From an uncultured Clostridium sp. (GTDB lineage Bacteria; Bacillota; Clostridia; Christensenellales; CAG-138), in contig CAZRHS010000001.1 of the NCBI GenBank assembly GCA_964600045.1, forward strand, positions 77,877-135,026: DNA of 57,150 nt. Reading direction: 5' to 3'. The position numbers and the translations under genes are program-made. Numbering within the stretch: position 1 is the first letter of the stretch; each line of letters opens with the position of its first letter. The notes beneath the pieces are model-generated. The model ran no database searches. It worked only from the letters and a program-made list of their open reading frames with translations, and had not been told where the DNA came from. Shown piece after piece: positions 27,772-36,771 of the stretch.

Positions 27772-28650
27772 ATGTATAAATCATACTCCGTTTCGGATAA
27801 CGTGCTTAAGGTTGAGGGCATAGACAGGCTGAATCTTTCAAGAAGCTGTGCCTGCGGGCAAAGCTTTCGCTGGCGCGAGGAGAACGGCGTTTTCAGCGCG
27901 GCGGCATTGGGCAGAGCCGTGCACGCAAGGCAGGAAGAAAACACGCTTTATGTTTATCCGTGCCGTGAATATGAAGCCGGCGACTGGATACATTATTTTG
28001 ATCTTGAGCGGGACTACGCCGCGATAGAAAAGCGCTTAAGTCAAGATGATCAGCTTAAAATGTGCATACCCTGCGCCACGGGCATAAGGGTATTCAATCA
28101 GGACGCGTTTGAGGCGTTAATAACCTTTATAATATCGGCAAATAACAACATAGGCCGCATCACGGGCATAGTTGAGCGGCTGTGCGCCCTTTGCGGGGAA
28201 AGAACGGAGCTTGACGGAAAGGAGTATTTTCTTTTTCCAAAGAGCGAAAGAATAGCGGCGCTTGCTGAAGGCGACCTTACGGCCATAGGCGCGGGGTACC
28301 GCGCGCCGTACATAATAAAAAGCGCCAAGCGAATAGCGGATGGCTATAACCTTGCGGCGCTTCGCGATATGCCGCTTGACGCGGCGAGAAAAGAGCTTTT
28401 GACATTTTGCGGTGTAGGACCAAAGGTGGCCGACTGCGTGCTGCTTTTCGGCCTTGGGCATACGGACGCGTTCCCCGTTGACGTATGGATTGGCAGGGCC
28501 ATGAGCGAAATATACTTTGGCGGCGAAAAGGCAAGGCGGGCGGAGCTTGAGCGGGCCATACGCGCCCTTGGGGACGAAAGCGGCATAGTGCAGCAATATA
28601 TTTTTCATTACGCGCGCCAAAATGCCCTGGGTAAGCCGCAAAAAGGCTAA
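27772..28650 (+). CDS. ogg: 8-oxoguanine DNA glycosylase / AP lyase (OGG1-type HhH-GPD)
   Basis: HhH-GPD motif FCGVGPKVADCVLLFGLGHTDAFPVDVWI with catalytic Lys and Asp; OGG N-domain-like start. Confidence 0.85.
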   Translation: MYKSYSVSDNVLKVEGIDRLNLSRSCACGQSFRWREENGVFSAAALGRAVHARQEENTLYVYPCREYEAGDWIHYFDLERDYAAIEKRLSQDDQLKMCIPCATGIRVFNQDAFEALITFIISANNNIGRITGIVERLCALCGERTELDGKEYFLFPKSERIAALAEGDLTAIGAGYRAPYIIKSAKRIADGYNLAALRDMPLDAARKELLTFCGVGPKVADCVLLFGLGHTDAFPVDVWIGRAMSEIYFGGEKARRAELERAIRALGDESGIVQQYIFHYARQNALGKPQKG

Positions 28651-28658
28651 AACTCGTG

Positions 28659-28687
28659 TTGACACGGGCAATGCGCTATGCTAAAAT
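28659..28687 (+). promoter_or_regulatory. near-consensus sigma-A promoter of the rplU operon
   Basis: TTGACA (28659-28664), 17-nt spacer, TAAAAT (28682-28687). Confidence 0.7.
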
Positions 28688-28779
28688 ACGCAGGTGAGCC
28701 GCTCTGCGACGGCTTTTTTGAAGCGCGTTAACAGCGCCGCCGTGTCGCGGGCGAGATTGGGGAATAGGAGGTGCAGCAA
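28688..28779 (+). promoter_or_regulatory. rplU 5' leader with terminator-like hairpin (L21-leader-type attenuator candidate)
   Basis: AGCCG-CTCTGCGA-CGGCT hairpin followed by TTTTTT (28697-28719), between the promoter and the rplU SD. Confidence 0.5.
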
Positions 28780-29085
28780 ATGTACGCTATTATCCGTACC
28801 GGAGGCAAGCAGTACAAGGTTGAAGCGGGCGATGAGATTTTGGTCGAAAAGCTCGATCTGGAAGCCGGTGCTGAGGTTTGCTTCGAGGTTCTGATGCTTT
28901 GCGACGGCGAGAACGTTACCATAGGTAAGCCTGTGGTTGAAGGCGTTTGCGCTAAGGCAGAGGTTGTGGAACAGACCAAGGGCGACAAGGTTGTGGTGTT
29001 CAAGTATAAGGCCAAGAAGAACATCCGCAAGAAGCAGGGTCATCGTCAGCCGTATACCAAGGTTAAGATCAACACCATAGGTTAA
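28780..29085 (+). CDS. rplU: 50S ribosomal protein L21
   Basis: [18 protein letters not shown]; AGGAGG upstream of ATG 28780. Confidence 0.95.
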   Translation: MYAIIRTGGKQYKVEAGDEILVEKLDLEAGAEVCFEVLMLCDGENVTIGKPVVEGVCAKAEVVEQTKGDKVVVFKYKAKKNIRKKQGHRQPYTKVKINTIG

Positions 29086-29093
29086 CAGAAGAC

Positions 29094-29423
29094 ATGACAG
29101 AAATTACGCTGTTCCGCATTCGTTCCCACGCTGTGGGCTTTGAGGCCGAAGGGCACACGGGTTATGCCGAAGAAGGCAGCGACATTGTGTGCGCGGCGGT
29201 GAGCGCGCTTACGCAGGGGGCGGCGATAGGGCTGAAAGAGGTTTTAGGCCTCGATATTGCGCTGGATATTTCAGAAGGGTATATGTATTGTATGCTCCCA
29301 AAGAAAATGACAACGGCGCAGCAGCACGACGCGGAGCTGATACTTAACACAATGGCAGCGACCTTAAGGTCGATTGCCGAGACAAACGGTGATTACATCA
29401 AAATGACTGATAGGGAGGTGTAA
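29094..29423 (+). CDS. prp: ribosomal-processing cysteine protease Prp (YsxB family)
   Basis: [20 protein letters not shown] motif and its position between rplU and rpmA. Confidence 0.9.
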   Translation: MTEITLFRIRSHAVGFEAEGHTGYAEEGSDIVCAAVSALTQGAAIGLKEVLGLDIALDISEGYMYCMLPKKMTTAQQHDAELILNTMAATLRSIAETNGDYIKMTDREV

Positions 29424-29427
29424 CACG

Positions 29428-29721
29428 ATGATGATCAATCTGCAGCTTTTTGCTCATAAGAAGGGCGTTGGCAGTACCCGTAACGGACGTGACAGCGAGT
29501 CTAAGCGTCTTGGGCCCAAGAGGGCTGACGGGCAGTTCGTTCTGGCCGGTAACATTCTGGTCAGGCAGAGGGGCACCCACTTCCATCCCGGCACCAACGT
29601 TGGCATAGGCAAGGACGATACCCTTTTTGCCAAGGTTGATGGCGTTGTCCGCTTCGAGACCAAGCATCTTGGCCGCAAGCAGGTCAGCGTTTACGCGGTT
29701 GAGGAAGCCGCCGCTAACTGA
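29428..29721 (+). CDS. rpmA: 50S ribosomal protein L27 with N-terminal propeptide
   Basis: [23 protein letters not shown]; the propeptide is typical of Prp-processed L27. Confidence 0.95.
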   Translation: MMINLQLFAHKKGVGSTRNGRDSESKRLGPKRADGQFVLAGNILVRQRGTHFHPGTNVGIGKDDTLFAKVDGVVRFETKHLGRKQVSVYAVEEAAAN

Positions 29722-29741
29722 TTCACAGCATCGTAACCAAC

Positions 29742-29776
29742 AAGCCGATTCTTAATAAAAGGGTCGGCTTTTTTTA
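29742..29776 (+). terminator. intrinsic terminator after rpmA
   Basis: AGCCGA / TCGGCT stem followed by TTTTTTT. Confidence 0.7.
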
Positions 29777-29831
29777 TGCCGATTTATATGGTATAATCGC
29801 CTTTGGAATTACTAAAAAGGGGGATATGTCC

Positions 29832-31616
29832 ATGCAGAAAAAGGTGAACGGCAATACCGAGGGCATACGGGATGCGCTGCTTGAGCGCATAACCTCCGTT
29901 TATGATATGGCGCAGGGGCAAAACGAGTTTGCCTCGCATGAGCTTATAGCAGAGCTTTGCGCGCTTACCGGCCTTATCAGGCGGGAGATAAGCGTTTATA
30001 TAAGCCGCAGCGGCAGCATAGAAGATGTTTCCGTGGGCGACGGATCAAAGGTTAATATGCCCACCATGCGCCTTGTGCGCAATGAAGACAGGCTTTGCGG
30101 CGTGCGCTGCCTGCATACCCATCCCGGCGGGGACGGAAGGCTTAGCGGAGTTGATATAGGCACGCTCAGGAGCATGCGCCTTGACTCTATGGCCGCCATA
30201 GGCGTTAAGGACGACGGCACGGCAACATCGCTTTACGCGGCGTATATAGGGGAGCTTGCGGGGGAAGAGCGAGAGGTTTTAGTATACGGGCCGTTAAGGC
30301 CCTATAAGCTGCCGCAGAAGCAGCTGATGGACGAAATATTCATATCAGACGAAAGACTAAAGAGCAGCACCAAGGACACGCGGGACGACGCGCCGGAGAA
30401 AACGATACTTATAGGCCTTGAAAACGACGAAGGATACGACACGATAGAGGAGCTTGCGGAGCTTGCCAAAACCGCGGGCGCGAACGTTGTTGCGCGCAGC
30501 ATACAGAAGCGGCGAACGCCGGACAACGCAACCTATATAGGCAGCGGCAAGGTTGACGAGCTTAGCCTTCTTTGCAGCGAAACGGAAGCGGAGCTTGTTA
30601 TATTCGATGATGAGCTTACGGGAAGCCAGCTTAGGAACCTTGAAACAAGGCTTGGCGTAAAGGTAATAGACCGCACGGCGCTTATACTCGATATTTTCGC
30701 GCAAAGGGCCGTAAGCCGCGAGGGCGCGCTGCAGGTTGAGCTTGCCCAGATGAAATATAACCTAACCCGCCTTACCGGGCAGGGCACATCGCTGAGCCGA
30801 CTGGGCGGCGGAATAGGCACGCGAGGCCCCGGCGAGAAGAAGCTTGAAATAGACCGCCGCCGCATACGCAGGCGCATATTCGAGCTTGGGGAAGAGCTTA
30901 AAGAGGTTGAAAAGCAGCGCTCGCTAAGAAGGGAAAGGCGCGAGAAGAACGCAACCCCGCTTGTTGCGCTTGTGGGATACACAAACGCCGGCAAAAGCAC
31001 ATTCTTAAACGCGGTATCAAACGCGGGAGTGCTTGCGGAGGATAAGCTTTTCGCGACCCTTGATCCGGTTGTTCGCCAGATTACATTGCCAAACGGCCTT
31101 GATATACTGCTTTCCGATACCGTTGGCTTTATAAACAAGCTGCCGCACGATTTGATAGAGGCTTTCAAGTCAACGCTTGAGGAGGTTTCCAACGCCGACC
31201 TTATACTGCACGTTGTTGATATTTCAAGCGACCATTACGATGCGCAGATGAGAGTTGTTGAGGACGTTATAGCAAGCCTCGGCGCCGCGGACACGCCCAG
31301 AATAAACGTTTACAATAAAATAGACAAGGTTGATTTCCGCCCGCGCGGAACGGATAACGACGCGTTTGTTTCCGCCGTAACGGGGGAGGGGATGGACAAT
31401 CTGCTTGAAAAGGTTGAAGAGCTTCTCAGCGCCGCGCACAAAACGCTTGAGATAACCGTTCCGTACGATAAATACGAGGCCGTGGCCCTGCTGCACGCGG
31501 AGGCAAGGATTATAAGCGAGGAGCATACCGAAATGGGCACCGAAATAAAGGCCGCCGTAGAGGACACAACGCTTAGAAAACTGAGAAAACTTCTTGGGGA
31601 GAACATTGGGGTATGA
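29832..31616 (+). CDS. hflX: GTPase HflX with roughly 190-aa N-terminal JAB/MPN-like extension
   Basis: HflX N/M domains ([22 protein letters not shown]). G1 [10 protein letters not shown]3 DTVGF, G4 NKID. The N-terminal region contains [18 protein letters not shown] 29832 has better SD spacing than ATG 29826. Confidence 0.88.
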   Translation: MQKKVNGNTEGIRDALLERITSVYDMAQGQNEFASHELIAELCALTGLIRREISVYISRSGSIEDVSVGDGSKVNMPTMRLVRNEDRLCGVRCLHTHPGGDGRLSGVDIGTLRSMRLDSMAAIGVKDDGTATSLYAAYIGELAGEEREVLVYGPLRPYKLPQKQLMDEIFISDERLKSSTKDTRDDAPEKTILIGLENDEGYDTIEELAELAKTAGANVVARSIQKRRTPDNATYIGSGKVDELSLLCSETEAELVIFDDELTGSQLRNLETRLGVKVIDRTALILDIFAQRAVSREGALQVELAQMKYNLTRLTGQGTSLSRLGGGIGTRGPGEKKLEIDRRRIRRRIFELGEELKEVEKQRSLRRERREKNATPLVALVGYTNAGKSTFLNAVSNAGVLAEDKLFATLDPVVRQITLPNGLDILLSDTVGFINKLPHDLIEAFKSTLEEVSNADLILHVVDISSDHYDAQMRVVEDVIASLGAADTPRINVYNKIDKVDFRPRGTDNDAFVSAVTGEGMDNLLEKVEELLSAAHKTLEITVPYDKYEAVALLHAEARIISEEHTEMGTEIKAAVEDTTLRKLRKLLGENIGV

Positions 31617-32512
31617 AGAACAAAAACGGACTTGGAGTTGCGCTGATATGCCTTGCGGCCGTGCTTTGGAGCACGAACTCCGTATTGGTTAAAAACCTTG
31701 AGCTGCCGGGCATTCTTATAAGCGGCATGCGCGCGCTTTGGGCGGGCGTTGTGCTTGCGCCCTTCATAAGGCCGAAAAAGCTTAAATGGGGACCAAAGAT
31801 GCTGCTTGTTACCGCGGGATTCATACTGAACAGCGTGGGCGTTGTTGTGTCCATAAAGCTTACAAGCGCGGCCATAGCCGTGGGCATGCAGTTCACTTCC
31901 CCTATTTGGATTTATGTCTATTCCCGCTTAAAGGGCTATCCCTTCGTTAAGCGCCGCGTAATACCGCTTGCGGTGCTTATGGCGGGCGTTATAATATCCA
32001 TGTTTTCAAAGGCGGACGGCGTTACAATGCTTGGCAACATTATAGCCTTGGGAACCGGTATATGCTTTGCTGTGGTTACGCAGCTTAGCGGCGAGGTTGG
32101 CCGGGAAAACCCGATTGGCTTAGTCGCCGTGAACAACATAATTATGGCGGCAATTATACTGCCGATTTTCTGCCGCGACAGCATACCGGAACTTTTCACA
32201 ATGGATACAGTTGGCTGGATAACGATGCTGGCTCTTGGCATAGTGCAGTTTGGCGGCGGATACGTATTTTATAACCTGGGCCTTAAGTACACCACCCCCG
32301 CAAAGGCCAGCATGCTGAGCCCGCTTGAAATGGTATTAAGCCCCATTTGGGTTGCCATATTCATAGGCGAGGTTCCGGACATAATTGGTCTTATAGGTTT
32401 CATTGTTATAACCGCGGGCATAGCGCTTGAGATTATATATACCGCGCAGTACGCAAAACAGGCGCATCTTGCCGAGCAGAGCGTGGACAGCGCGGACACG
32501 GATGCGCTATAA
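31613..32512 (+). CDS. DMT-superfamily (EamA-type) transporter
   Basis: Ten predicted TM helices in two EamA-like halves; ATGA overlap with hflX. Confidence 0.8.
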   Translation: MKNKNGLGVALICLAAVLWSTNSVLVKNLELPGILISGMRALWAGVVLAPFIRPKKLKWGPKMLLVTAGFILNSVGVVVSIKLTSAAIAVGMQFTSPIWIYVYSRLKGYPFVKRRVIPLAVLMAGVIISMFSKADGVTMLGNIIALGTGICFAVVTQLSGEVGRENPIGLVAVNNIIMAAIILPIFCRDSIPELFTMDTVGWITMLALGIVQFGGGYVFYNLGLKYTTPAKASMLSPLEMVLSPIWVAIFIGEVPDIIGLIGFIVITAGIALEIIYTAQYAKQAHLAEQSVDSADTDAL

Positions 32513-32557
32513 TTAGCAAAACACACAGCAAATCTTAAAGGAAAGAGGTATATATTC

Positions 32558-33442
32558 ATGCTTAGGCTTACACCGGACAAGAAAATAGAGGTAATGGACG
32601 CCAAAAACGCTCCCTCCGCATTTTGCAAAAGCGGGGATACCGTTGTTTTTGAAACGCTTGATTGCTACGACAGCTCCGTTACAAGGCAGGGCGAGCGCCT
32701 TAAAATAAAGCGCATGCACAACCCCGCCACAGGTCCCCTTTTCATTGAGGGAGCGGAAGCGGGAGACGCGCTTAAGGTTGAAATACTTAAAATAGACACG
32801 CGCGAGTGGGGCGCGATGGGCACTTCCTTTGAGGAGTTCGGATTCAAGAACGTTAAGGGCAGCGACCATTCAATGCACGTTTACGATATTAAGGACGGCG
32901 TTGTTAAGGCCGGCGGCTTTGATATTCCCGTAAATAAAATGATAGGCGTTATAGGCGTTGCTCCCGCGGGCGAGGGCGTGCTTACGGTAACCCCCGGCTC
33001 ACACGGCGGAAACATGGACTGCCGCCGCATACGCGAAGGCTCAACCATATATTTCCCGGTAGCTACCAAGGGCGCTCTTCTTGCGATGGGCGATCTTCAC
33101 GCGCTTATGGGAGACGGCGAAGTGTTCGGCTACGGCCTTGAGGTAAGCGGAGAGGTTACGGTTCGCGTAAGCGTTGTTAAGGACATGAAGCTTGATCAGC
33201 CCCTGCTTCTTGACGGGGACGAGGCCATGTGCGTAGCAAGCGGCGAAACGATGCAGGAGGCCACCGAAAAGGCGCTTGAATCCATGTATTATCTTTTAAG
33301 GCAGTGCGGCCAGGACGAAGGCGAGGCGGGCATACTTATGAGCATGCTTTGCAACGTTGCCCTTTGCCAGATGGTAAACCCGCTTTTCACCGTGCGCACC
33401 GAAATGCCCGCGCACATGCTTAAAAACATAATCAAGGGCTGA
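32558..33442 (+). CDS. acetamidase/formamidase-family amidohydrolase
   Basis: Family-typical blocks ATGPLFIEGAEAGD, HGGNMD and GDLHALMGDGEV. Confidence 0.8.
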   Translation: MLRLTPDKKIEVMDAKNAPSAFCKSGDTVVFETLDCYDSSVTRQGERLKIKRMHNPATGPLFIEGAEAGDALKVEILKIDTREWGAMGTSFEEFGFKNVKGSDHSMHVYDIKDGVVKAGGFDIPVNKMIGVIGVAPAGEGVLTVTPGSHGGNMDCRRIREGSTIYFPVATKGALLAMGDLHALMGDGEVFGYGLEVSGEVTVRVSVVKDMKLDQPLLLDGDEAMCVASGETMQEATEKALESMYYLLRQCGQDEGEAGILMSMLCNVALCQMVNPLFTVRTEMPAHMLKNIIKG

Positions 33443-33446
33443 TATA

Positions 33447-34634
33447 ATGATTCACCCCATTAAGAAAATAACCGAAAAGGAATCAAGGCTTGTAATAGGC
33501 ATTATGTCCGGCACGTCGGCGGACGGCATAGACGCGGCGCTTTGCCGCATACACGGCCACGCCACCGATACGCGGGTTGAGCAGCTTGCCTTCACTTTTG
33601 TGCCGTATGAGGAAAGCGTGCGCAGCGAGGTGCTTCGCCTTGCGGGCGGCGGCACGGCAACGGCGGCGGATTTTTGCAAAATGAACTTTTTGCTGGGCAG
33701 GCTTTACGCGTCCGCCGCGCTTAAGCTTTGCCGTGACTGCGGCATTGCCAAAGAGGATATAGATCTTGTCGGCTGCCACGGGCAAACGCTTTGGCATATT
33801 CCAAATGACGAGGAGTATCTTGGCCAAAGCTTCAAAAGCACATATCAGCTGGGCGAGTTTTCGGTTATAGCGGAGGCGTTCGGCTGCCCCGTGGTTGGCG
33901 ATTTCAGGGTTAGGGACGTGGCCGCGGGCGGACTTGGCGCGCCGCTTGTGCCATACAGCGAATTTTTGATATACCGAAGCAAAACCGATTGTGTTGCGCT
34001 GCAGAATATAGGCGGCATAGGCAACATAACCTGCCTTGGGGCGAACTGCTCCATGGATGAGGTTTTCGCCTTTGATACAGGCCCGGGCAACATGGTTATT
34101 GATGCCGTGTACTCAATTATCACAAACGGTGAAAAGCACTATGACGAGGGCGGAAAGTTTGCCGCCAAGGGCAACATAAATAAAGACCTTCTGGCCTTTA
34201 TGATGAACGATGAATATGTTTTAAGAAAGCCGCCCAAAACAACCGGGCGTGAGTATTACGGGGCGGAGTACGTAAAGAAAATAATGAGCTTTGCCCAAGC
34301 TCACTCCGTATCGCCTGAAGACATTATGGCAACCGTAACCGACTTTACGGCGGAAACGATAGCGTATTCGATAAATAACTTTTTCCCCGTTAAGCCCGCA
34401 AGGCTTATCGTGGGCGGCGGAGGAAGCCTGAACGATACTCTTATGGCGGATATAAGGCGGCTTCTTCCCGATTGCTTTGTGGCTACCAATGAGCAGATAG
34501 GCTTTGACAGCAGCGCAAAGGAGGCCGTGGCGTTCGCGGTGCTCGCAAACGAAACCGTGTTCGCCGGAAACAACAACGTGCCTTCCGTAACAGGGGCGGC
34601 GCATGGCGTATCAATGGGCAAAATAAGCCTTTGA
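33447..34634 (+). CDS. anmK: anhydro-N-acetylmuramic acid kinase
   Basis: IGIMSGTSADGIDAAL N-terminus and NIGGIGN block. Confidence 0.9.
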   Translation: MIHPIKKITEKESRLVIGIMSGTSADGIDAALCRIHGHATDTRVEQLAFTFVPYEESVRSEVLRLAGGGTATAADFCKMNFLLGRLYASAALKLCRDCGIAKEDIDLVGCHGQTLWHIPNDEEYLGQSFKSTYQLGEFSVIAEAFGCPVVGDFRVRDVAAGGLGAPLVPYSEFLIYRSKTDCVALQNIGGIGNITCLGANCSMDEVFAFDTGPGNMVIDAVYSIITNGEKHYDEGGKFAAKGNINKDLLAFMMNDEYVLRKPPKTTGREYYGAEYVKKIMSFAQAHSVSPEDIMATVTDFTAETIAYSINNFFPVKPARLIVGGGGSLNDTLMADIRRLLPDCFVATNEQIGFDSSAKEAVAFAVLANETVFAGNNNVPSVTGAAHGVSMGKISL

Positions 34635-34646
34635 TTAACAAAATGA

Positions 34647-34671
34647 AAGCGGGAGCAAATCACTCCCGCTT
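34647..34671. terminator. bidirectional stem-loop between convergent anmK and the SIR2-like gene
   Basis: AAGCGGGAG-CAAATCA-CTCCCGCTT forms a perfect 9-bp stem. Confidence 0.7.
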
Positions 34672-34680
34672 AAATTATAT

Positions 34681-35631
34681 TTATTCCCATTTAAGCCATT
34701 CGCTTCCGCCGTGGTATTGCTCCGAAGGCTCGCCGGATTGCATGCGCTGGTTTATTTCCTCATAAAGCCAATCGTAATAACCCTTGAAGTTTCCGTGGAA
34801 GCCGCCGTCCTCAACCTCCATGCCGTAGGCATCGGCAAGCAGCTTTTCCTCCGGCTTTATATCGAATTTATAAAGCGTTATCTTCTTTTCGGGGAAGTGG
34901 CGCTTTTTGCAGTTAACAAGCCACCACAGGTCAAGCTCGGAAAGCGACATGCCAAGCGCCGCTATATGAACCTCGCCAAGCATAAAGTAATCAAGCCAGC
35001 TCCTTACTTCTATGCCGTTCTGCCTTGCGTAGCGCGTGTTGCAGCGGGCAAGAAGCGATGCCATATACTGCTGCATTTTGGCAAGCAGCTTGCCGTAATA
35101 ATAGTGGGCAAATATCATGGATTTGAATTTTGCCGCCTCGCCGTGTATGTGCCAGATTGTGGGGTAATCGCCAACGGCGAAAAACGTGTGCAGCTGCTCG
35201 TTTGCGTATGTGCTGCCGCTGTCGTAAACCAGGCGGCGGGCTTTACACCTGCGCCCGGGAAGACACCTGAACTTTGGGTCAAGCGCCTTTTCAAGCTCGT
35301 ATGTATAGTTGGCCGTAAGTATCGCGTTTACCGGAAGCGAGGCAAACTGCCTAAGCTGGCGCTCCTCCTCCTCGTCCGCGCGGCGCTCGCTGAGCGGCCC
35401 GGATATTTTTTTAAGCTGTTCGCCGCAGTGGTTGCCCGTAAGTATAACGGGCTGCAGCGGGTACGGCACGTGCTTAACGCTTGCCCTTTCAGGACCCGTA
35501 AGATTCTTTGTGCGAACGGATTCTATAAGCTCTTCCCAAGATGTAAAGCCGTAGGCGCGGTTTATGCCGTTTCCAAGCACCAGCACCTTTGGCGTTGATC
35601 CGTATTCTATCCTCGGCAGGATTTCTTCCAT
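34681..35631 (-). CDS. SIR2-like / AbiH-like protein (stand-alone, 316 aa)
   Basis: GGAGG lies 7 nt before ATG 35631. Ordered motifs: VLVLGNGINRAYG, AILTANYTYELE, IWHIHGE and ALGMSLSELD. This reads as the SIR2_2/AbiH-type pattern recalled from memory, not searched. Confidence 0.6.
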   Translation of the reverse strand: MEEILPRIEYGSTPKVLVLGNGINRAYGFTSWEELIESVRTKNLTGPERASVKHVPYPLQPVILTGNHCGEQLKKISGPLSERRADEEEERQLRQFASLPVNAILTANYTYELEKALDPKFRCLPGRRCKARRLVYDSGSTYANEQLHTFFAVGDYPTIWHIHGEAAKFKSMIFAHYYYGKLLAKMQQYMASLLARCNTRYARQNGIEVRSWLDYFMLGEVHIAALGMSLSELDLWWLVNCKKRHFPEKKITLYKFDIKPEEKLLADAYGMEVEDGGFHGNFKGYYDWLYEEINQRMQSGEPSEQYHGGSEWLKWE

Positions 35632-35672
35632 GGCATTTCCTCCGAAAAAAGATTATAGAAAAGCGGCTTTTG

Positions 35673-36143
35673 TTAAAGCGTTATAATGCTTACCCTTGCC
35701 GTGCCGTTTTCAAGCTCCGCTTTTGCAAAGCTTTTCTTTCTGCCGCCGCGCGGCACGCTGGGACTGCCGGGGCACACAAGCTGCACCCCTAACGCGTACT
35801 CAATTTCAGAAACATGGGTGTGCCCATAAAGAGCAAGGGGGCATTCAAGCTCCTGCGCCCTAAGGCTCAGGCGGTAGCGGTCAAGCGACACGGCGTATGT
35901 ATGCCCGTGCGCCATGAATATGCGCACCCCGCCAAGCGTTATAACCTGCTCCGTATCAATGCTTCCCGCGTCGCAGTTGCCCTTAACGCTGTATACAGGT
36001 TTACCGCTTTTAGCCGCCATCCATTCGGCCTCGCGCCTGCCGTCGCCCAAAAAAGCCCAGGCATCCGCGTCGGGCAGCGCCTCATAAACGCGCCTTGCGG
36101 CATCCGTATCGCCGTGAGTATCGCTGAATATGCCAAGTATCAT
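35673..36143 (-). CDS. YfcE/YsnB-family metallophosphoesterase
   Basis: Motifs DTHGD, GDG, GNCD and HGH. Downstream of rdgB, as in Bacillus ysnA-ysnB. Confidence 0.88.
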   Translation of the reverse strand: MILGIFSDTHGDTDAARRVYEALPDADAWAFLGDGRREAEWMAAKSGKPVYSVKGNCDAGSIDTEQVITLGGVRIFMAHGHTYAVSLDRYRLSLRAQELECPLALYGHTHVSEIEYALGVQLVCPGSPSVPRGGRKKSFAKAELENGTARVSIITL

Positions 36144-36739
36144 GCTTTGCTTTCCGCCTCAAGCGCGGCCTTAAGCGCCTCAAGCGCGCGCTTGCGGTGG
36201 CTTATCGCGTTTTTGCTCTCCGCACTCATCTCCGCAAAAGAAAGCCCTTCCGGCTCATAGAAAAACAGCGGATCGTAGCCAAAGCCGTTTTCGCCCTGCG
36301 GGGCGTAGAGCAGCCTTCCCTCAACCGCGCCGCGGCATACAATCGGCTCCTTATCCCTGCGGGCAAGGGCCACCGCGCTTACAAAGCGGCAGGCGCGCTC
36401 ATTTTCAGGCACGTCCTTCATCATGTCCATAAGCTTAGCGTTATTTTCCTCGTCATTATGGCCTTCCCCGGCAAAACGCGCGCTGTATACGCCGGGCGCG
36501 CCGTTCAGGGCATCCACCATAAGGCCGCTGTCGTCGCTAAGCGCGGCATCGGCATCGGCTATGTTAAGCACCTCCGTCGCCTTTTTAAGCGCGTTCTGCT
36601 CAAATGTTTCGCCGTCCTCAACCACGTCTATGGTAATGCCCGCTTCCTTAAGGGAAAGTATTTCGTCAAAATAATCCCCGAGAATTTCCTTTATCTCGCG
36701 CACCTTATGCGCATTGTTGGATGCTATTATAAGCTTCAT
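36140..36739 (-). CDS. rdgB: XTP/dITP diphosphatase (Ham1/RdgB family)
   Basis: MKLIIASNNAHKVREI, DDSGL and GFGYDP. Confidence 0.93.
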   Translation of the reverse strand: MKLIIASNNAHKVREIKEILGDYFDEILSLKEAGITIDVVEDGETFEQNALKKATEVLNIADADAALSDDSGLMVDALNGAPGVYSARFAGEGHNDEENNAKLMDMMKDVPENERACRFVSAVALARRDKEPIVCRGAVEGRLLYAPQGENGFGYDPLFFYEPEGLSFAEMSAESKNAISHRKRALEALKAALEAESKA

Positions 36740-36771
36740 GCCATGCCTCCTTTATTTATTGCGCACGGGGC

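Noticed and set aside
35673-36739. Idea that the metallophosphoesterase and ITPase form a three-gene nucleotide-based system with the SIR2-like gene
   Set aside because: The rdgB-ysnB pairing is a conserved housekeeping arrangement in Firmicutes (Bacillus ysnA-ysnB). Both proteins look canonical, so linkage to the SIR2-like gene is more simply positional.
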